From Williopsis jadinii (Eukaryota), in contig AP024666.1 in assembly GCA_024346625.1 (NCBI GenBank), positions 1,364,001-1,428,000 of the forward strand: a stretch of 64,000 bases of DNA, read 5' to 3'. Shown here piece by piece: positions 57,991 through 64,000 of this stretch; position 1 is the stretch's first letter, and each line of letters starts with the position of its first letter. Position numbers and translations under genes: made by a program. Under the pieces are notes generated by a model. It was not told where the DNA came from, did no database searches, and saw only the letters and a program-made list of their open reading frames with translations.

Positions 57991-60909
57991 ATGGAGACGT
58001 TAGATCCGGGAACTGCTGTCCGTGTTGGTCAGCATACCGTGGAGGTAGCAGGGTACTTAGCAGAAGGTTAGTATGCACACATTCGGAACATTCCAATTCT
58101 GGGGTCTTTGTTCTTTTTGGAGCCGGACCAAGGCAGCGTTTTGATTGGAGAGTCTGTGCCATTGTCTTGTTTGTCATATATCTGGTCAATGTCCTGATGG
58201 AGCAATACTGACATAGCCAATGTGGTTGTAGGTGGATTTGCCCGTATATACACAGTGAAGCTGAAACCAGATGATAAACCAGCGTGTCTGAAAAGGGTTA
58301 TTGTGAAGGAGAAATCGGATCTAAACCAATTGAGGAATGAAGTTGATACTATGAAGAGGCTAACGGCGTGTCCATACATCGTTCGCTATTACGACTCAAA
58401 CGCTGAAAAGTTGGCAGACGGTACTTATGAAGTGCTTGTGCTGATGGAGCTGTGCTCAAGCGGTTCCCTGTTGGACTATATGAATGCCAACATCAAGACA
58501 AAATTGGACGTTGGTAGAATTACAAAGATAATGTACCAGATAACAACGGCACTTGATTACATGCACTCAAAGAATCTGATCCACAGGGACCTGAAGATTG
58601 AGAATGTATTGCGAGATTCTAGCGGCGTCTTCAAACTGGCTGATTTTGGCTCAGCGAGTTCCTTCATGCCACCTCCGAAGAATCAGGAGGAGGTTCAAAT
58701 GGTTGCGGCTGATATCATCCGGAATACCACGCCCCAATATAGAGCCCCAGAAATGATCGATCTGTACAAGAGCTTACCAATTGACAATAAATCAGACATG
58801 TGGGCATTGGGTGTCTTCCTCTACAAGCTGATGTACTACACAACACCTTTTGAAAGTCAAGGCGAATTGGCTATATTACACGGTTACTTCCAATTCCCCG
58901 AGACCATGCAATACCCTTCAAGGTTAAAGAATTTGGTGATTATTATGTTACAAGTGAATCCAATCATAAGACCTAACGCTTACCAGGTGTTGTACGAGAT
59001 ATGTGATATGATGGGAGTCCCTGTCCCAATTGAAGACCATTATGGACTGGGTCGATATGAATTCTCTGTCTACGAAAAATATCAAAAACATGTTCAAAGA
59101 GTTCAACAAGAACAGTTGGAATTGGAACAGAGATATCTCATGAGAAGACATCAAGAGCAAAATACGGGACTGAAAGTTGAACCTCAGGTGCATCCAGATG
59201 AACCTAATGATTCATTACAAGTTCCAAATCAATACCCAAATCAGATTCCAAGCCAAATTCCAAGTGTTCAACCTGTTACAAATTCTGCACCAAATGGTGT
59301 GTCAAGTGCGCAATCTGTTTCAAAGTCTGTGTCAAATGCTTGTGAAAAGTCATCATCAACTGAAACAACAAAAGAGCTTGAGCCTCCAATGGGAGAAGGC
59401 AAGTCTTTTGAGTCTAATGCTTTTGTCCCATTACCAATGCCACCTAACAAAGTGGGTACAGTGGATGACGGCATTAGGTTTTCTGATATTCAACCTCAGG
59501 AACTATCACAGTCTTCCAAATCAAGTGTTCGTAATCTGCCTTTGGATAGAGAAGAAGAAAGCAGTTCTGACTCTGATTTGGAAAACGTTGAAGATAGATT
59601 CCCAGATCTGGATCAGTTGGATGCACTGGATGATATGGGTCAAGGCGTGGATAAAGATTACATATCAACAGCTCTGTTGGCAGCAAAGAGTGACAAATTG
59701 AACATAAAAGGTGGACAAACAAAGGAACCGTCAAATATGGCTGCTGAGCATGGTGATACTGAACTATCTGGACCTAGTGATATTTCAATCAAGTTATCAA
59801 AGACGGAAGCATGGACGATTAGCGAAAAAGAAACAAATAACAGGGAGAACCATGACAAGCATGATGATACTGATGCTGACGTTGATGTTTTCCTCAAGAG
59901 TCCGGTTGCAACAACTATCACACCGGCATCGAACGATTTGAATCCCACAAAGGGTGATCACTCTGAGAGCAATGCTTCCGTGTTACCAGAACTATCAGTG
60001 AAATCACCAGACGTGGAAAGCTCTAAAATCGAAAGACCTTCTCTTATTCCTAAGAACTCGTTTGATCAACTATTTGACTTTGAAGATTCTTCAGCAGCTC
60101 AACAAACACCAAGGGAGGCTTCATTATCTCGTAACCCATTCCCAACTGGTAGAAATCCATTCCCAGTGAAGACTAATCTAAGCACATTGGACGTTAAGAA
60201 GCCGGTTCTTCCACAAGCCTCTGGTGGAAATCCTTGGGCACAATATACTCAAAGTGCATATCAGTCACAAGCGTCATTTAGTTCTAAGGCACCATCGATC
60301 AACCAAGGTACAACGGTTCCATATGTACAACCACCTTTGCGCCAAGCACTTCCACAGATGCCACCAGTACCACAACAGCGAAAGCATCAAATGACCATGC
60401 AGGTTCCTGTTCAGGTTCCTGTTCAACAACTCCAATCGCATATTGCACTGCATGTTCCCCCACAAGGGTCCAGAACGCCCCAATCACAGGCTCGTATACC
60501 GCAGTCATCGGTCCAGATGACGAAAGCCGATTCCACAGCTCTATCCCCTACACTTCTTGCATCACACCAGGGGAATCTTATCGATATGGATACGAACAAT
60601 GTGAAGGAGAATAGACCAAAGTTGAACTTGGAGTTGCTGGACCTCGACATCACTGGTAAAAGTTCCACTTCACGGTTAACAGTGGATGAGACCGGAGACG
60701 ATGGTGATAGCTTAAAAGTGGAAGTGGTGCCAGTACGTGGACCAAAGCCTACAAGATCTCCAAGGACCTCTACTGAGTTGCAGAGACTAAAATTCACTAT
60801 GGAGGAGCTCGATTTGGATGATTCACAATCACCTCCAAGCAGTAGAAACTCGCTGAGTATGAAAAGAAATGTTTCCAAACAGGAGAATCGTAAGTCATGG
60901 TTCAAATAA
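57991..60909 (+). CDS. AKL1: Ark1/Prk1-family Ser/Thr kinase; exons 57991-58066 and 58232-60909, 917 aa
   Basis: Spliced N-terminus VRVGQHTVEVAGYLAEGGFARIY; HRDLKIEN, DFGS, TTPQYRAPEMIDLY; NPF motifs; adjacent to TSC3 as AKL1 is in S. cerevisiae. Confidence 0.88.
58067..58231 (+). other. Spliceosomal intron of AKL1 (165 nt)
   Basis: GTTAGT donor, TACTGAC branch at 58206-58212, TAG acceptor; splicing rebuilds the EGGF Gly-rich loop. Confidence 0.9.
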
Positions 60910-61328
60910 CAGAGGCTGGGAGTGAGGATCTCGTAACTTGTGCATGTCTCAATAGAGGAAATCGTTTTTAATGGTTATAATAACCCGTAGATGATAGTGA
61001 TGTATGACTTATCGGAAAATAGATGTCGGAATTTTCCGACCTCTCTCGTTTCCAGAATTGCGACATGGGAATAGGGGCTCGCGCGCGTAAAACTGGTTTA
61101 TTTACTTTCATTTACAACATCTTTGATGCTTCTACTTTCGACGCTTAGCGTAAGAAGCTCTTTGATAAGTAATTGTCGTGTGTTTTCCTCCGCTTGTTAC
61201 GCTCATTCACTTTCGATAGCTGTTGCGTGTGTGTGTGTGTTGTTTCCTCCAACTTATTTGCTGCACCGAATTGTTGATTCAACTGCTTGTCGTCTTCCCA
61301 TATACCTCTTGAAAGTAGATTCGCACTG

Positions 61329-61640
61329 ATGGCTGGAACATTTGAATACTATCCAACGAACGAGGAACGCAACAAGAACTCGTACTTCCTCGTTGCAACA
61401 CTTAGACACGTTTTTGAAAAGTTATACTGGATGTACTATATCCATCTTCCCTACTACCTCATGGAGTCACAAGATGCATTTGTACTACATTTGTTCTTCC
61501 TCACGTTATTCAGTCTATGTATCTATGCGGTGTTCTCCTATTTGCCACATTCATTAGTGGTCTGGTTCACAAGAAGCTATTACTATCTAACGGGTGATGA
61601 TTTCAAAAAAGTGCTCATACATTATGGCTTTAACGCATAG
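61329..61640 (+). CDS. TSC3: Serine palmitoyltransferase small subunit Tsc3
   Basis: EKLYWMYYIHLPYYLM...FVLHLFFLTLFSL matches the Tsc3 core. Confidence 0.9.
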   Translation: MAGTFEYYPTNEERNKNSYFLVATLRHVFEKLYWMYYIHLPYYLMESQDAFVLHLFFLTLFSLCIYAVFSYLPHSLVVWFTRSYYYLTGDDFKKVLIHYGFNA

Positions 61641-61920
61641 TTCCACGTCAACATATCACAGGCACCATTTGAACTTAAGAAATGAGCCACCGTGGGTGGC
61701 ACCACTGTACAAGTGTTATTAGCTTTCTACTGCAAAAATACGCAATTCCCATCAATAATCACTTGGTTTCTACTCTTGAATTTAACCAGTAGACAGCTTA
61801 ACACGTAGTGAAATTTTGGTGATGCGACATTGGCGAAAATTTTAAGTGTATACCAAACATCGCATCCGAGAAGCTCGCCATTTTAAGAGAAAGAAGAAGA
61901 AGAAGTACCCCCAAGAAAAG

Positions 61921-62313
61921 ATGCTTTCATTCTGTCCGAATTGTTCCAATATGCTTCTGGTGAGTTCTCGTACATGGGAATCATTCAAGGTTCTTTCACT
62001 AACGGAGGGTTTATAGATATCAACAGCTGACAGTGGAATCCACAGACTAACATGTCCCACATGTCCATATGAATTCCCTATAGCAGGTGTAGAGATATTT
62101 GATCGTAAGGAGCTACCCCGTAAACAGATCGATGATGTGTTGGGAGGTGATGGTGCTTGGGAAAATGTGGATCAAACAGCAGCACAGTGTCCTATTGATA
62201 GTTGTGGTAACGATAAGGCATACTTCTTTCAATTACAGATTAGATCGGCAGATGAACCAATGACAACTTTCTACAAATGTACCAAGTGTGGCCATCAATG
62301 GAGAGAAAACTGA
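61921..62313 (+). CDS. RPC11: RNA polymerase III subunit C11; exons 61921-61959 and 62017-62313, 111 aa (absent from the ORF track)
   Basis: MLSFCPNCSNMLL-ISTADSG...CPTCPYEF...DDVLGG...FQLQIRSADEPMTTFYKCTKCGHQWREN. Confidence 0.97.
61960..62016 (+). other. Spliceosomal intron of RPC11 (57 nt)
   Basis: GTGAGT donor, CACTAAC at 61997-62003, TAG acceptor. Confidence 0.92.
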
Positions 62314-63835
62314 TCATTGGTTTCATTCCTGTGCGTTCACATGTATACTCTCTATAAAAATATGTATTATATCAATTAATCTGGGCCATTATGGAGCACT
62401 TGGAGATGGGTTACCAAAGAAAAGGATTACAGCTCTCATCTGGCTTGACTAGACTCTCAACACTAAACAATAGTAGCACTCCAAGCTGTTCTTCTTGATA
62501 TTCTTTGGGTGAACCATTTGTGGTAGGTCTTGTAAGCTTCTCTATGACTCAGCTAAAGCGTTCAGTCTACCGTCTTTCTCAATGTGTAACGATCTCTAAT
62601 GAGTTTGTAAGGCTAAGACTCAGGTTTTACCTCTATACAGTTAGCGTTATACGGCGAGATAGACTAACAAATCGCCCATGTCATGTCATATTCACTCATT
62701 AACGAATCACTGAAATCATTGTTGTTGTTTCTAGTGTTGAACGGTTGTAGAAGATGATATTGAACATTATTCTTCACCTGGTAGTGGTTCATGTCATATA
62801 AGAGTTCATCATAATATCAAACTATGACACAAGCAATCCATATGTCTATATTTGTAAGGATTTTCATTGAAAAACCTATTCCTAGATGCTGGGGTCCTAA
62901 ATACGTCTGATGCTTTCAGATTCTCGTCACTTTAATTAGAAGCCAATTGAGACTTCGAACCATGTTTGATGTACACGCCGCTGTTTTAAGCCTCTGTTGG
63001 TTAAGCCCATACATCTCCTCAAATTCTAACCATATAAGCATGTCAAAAGTGTCAATCAAACTCATACTCAGTGATCTGATAACTCTGTACCACCATGGCA
63101 CATATACCTTCAAGGTTAAACGTCAATAGGAACTTGAAGCACTGGTGTATAAGAAAGAGACCCCATCTGTAACACACCTCCATCTTTAGGTAGTGGAGAC
63201 TCCTTCCATTCCATTCTAGCACTTAAAGAATGCCACTGGATTCTATGATCATTTGAATCCTTCTTCACGAACATTGGATTTGCATTATTAATACCTGGCC
63301 TGACACTCGTATCGACTGCCCAACTGCTCCTATACACACGTTTTGTTCTTATCCCAATATCCGCCTCAGAACATACCAGTACGCCAGCTGATACCACTCA
63401 CACAACCTCATAAACCTCGTTAAACGCACCAGCACTGTTGTATCGTCGCTGGAAAAGTGCTTAACCACCTGCTCCCTGTACGCATATCATCTATGACACA
63501 TATTGAACAACATCTTGACTCTCATGCAACCACCATGATTCTACAACAATGGGTTGTAACTACTACAGCTTTACCCATTGATAAAGTTAGACCAGACATT
63601 TCCTACTAACCGGCAAGGGAAATCGGTCTCTATTTATACGCTGTTCTCTGCGTGTGTTTTTAACCTCATCGTCATCTCTTTTGGGCTTTAGAATACACCG
63701 TGTACAACGAACAAAAACCACAGTGTTTACATCATCAACAACCAAAAAAATATACATAAAAAAACATACAAGAACACATCGACAAAATCAATTCTTAAGA
63801 CGGCGTTTGAAAACAATAAACAAATCGACAACTAA

Positions 63836-64000
63836 ATGCTTCTCCAATCACGTTTAACTCGTCCAGTTTTGAGCTCCTTAAGAGCAACCAAGGCCACAGC
63901 GCTACGTTTCCAAAGCACCATCAAAGAGGTTGAGAATTTGCAAAAGTTCAGAGAACTCATCGACAGTCCAAAGCTTACAATTACTGATTTCTACGCCACA
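63836..64000 (+). CDS. TRX3: Mitochondrial thioredoxin, 5' part (runs off the window)
   Basis: Arg-rich presequence MLLQSRLTRPVLSSLRATK, then ...KLTITDFYAT, the segment that normally precedes WCGPC. Confidence 0.8.
   Translation, partial: MLLQSRLTRPVLSSLRATKATALRFQSTIKEVENLQKFRELIDSPKLTITDFYAT

Noticed and set aside
62400..63800. Short ORFs and a TACTAAC (63604-63610) between RPC11 and the thioredoxin gene
   Set aside because: No consistent donor/acceptor pair or recognisable protein could be assembled

Overview
Nuclear DNA from a budding yeast (Saccharomycotina). It uses the standard genetic code: CTG encodes the Leu of the kinase HRDLK motif. Gene content and GTGAGT-type introns suggest a non-CTG, pre-WGD lineage such as Phaffomycetaceae (inference only). 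About 27 protein-coding genes, in order: RAP1, ABZ2, SER2, an RBM26/27-like PWI-RRM protein, an uncharacterised membrane-anchored protein, VPS17, EFT (eEF2), an orphan Q/H-rich protein, NKP1/FTA4, RPP2, an orphan, a Cyc8/Tcc1-like TPR protein, DCS1, a G-patch protein, MED4, HEM15, ALE1, YCS4, EHD3, NUT2, MET16, RHO1, an MGA1-like HSF factor, NOP19, AKL1, TSC3, RPC11, plus the start of a mitochondrial thioredoxin. Five genes have coding introns missed by the ORF track (RAP1, EFT, NKP1, AKL1, RPC11), and RHO1 probably has a 5'UTR intron. Three long gene-free regions (14.3-18.2, 24.0-32.8 and 48.1-55.0 kb) each lie upstream of a probable regulator. Highlights: a six-copy forkhead-motif array in the RAP1 intron; an eEF2 with altered diphthamide-loop and sordarin-pocket residues; a Rho1 with a Cdc42/Rac-type Asp in switch I; an orphan that may be a catalytically dead Ulp1-like protein; and a dense TGCAT cluster upstream of the TPR gene. 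I could not support any tRNA, rRNA, transposon or CRISPR array. Family assignments come from recalled motifs, not database searches.
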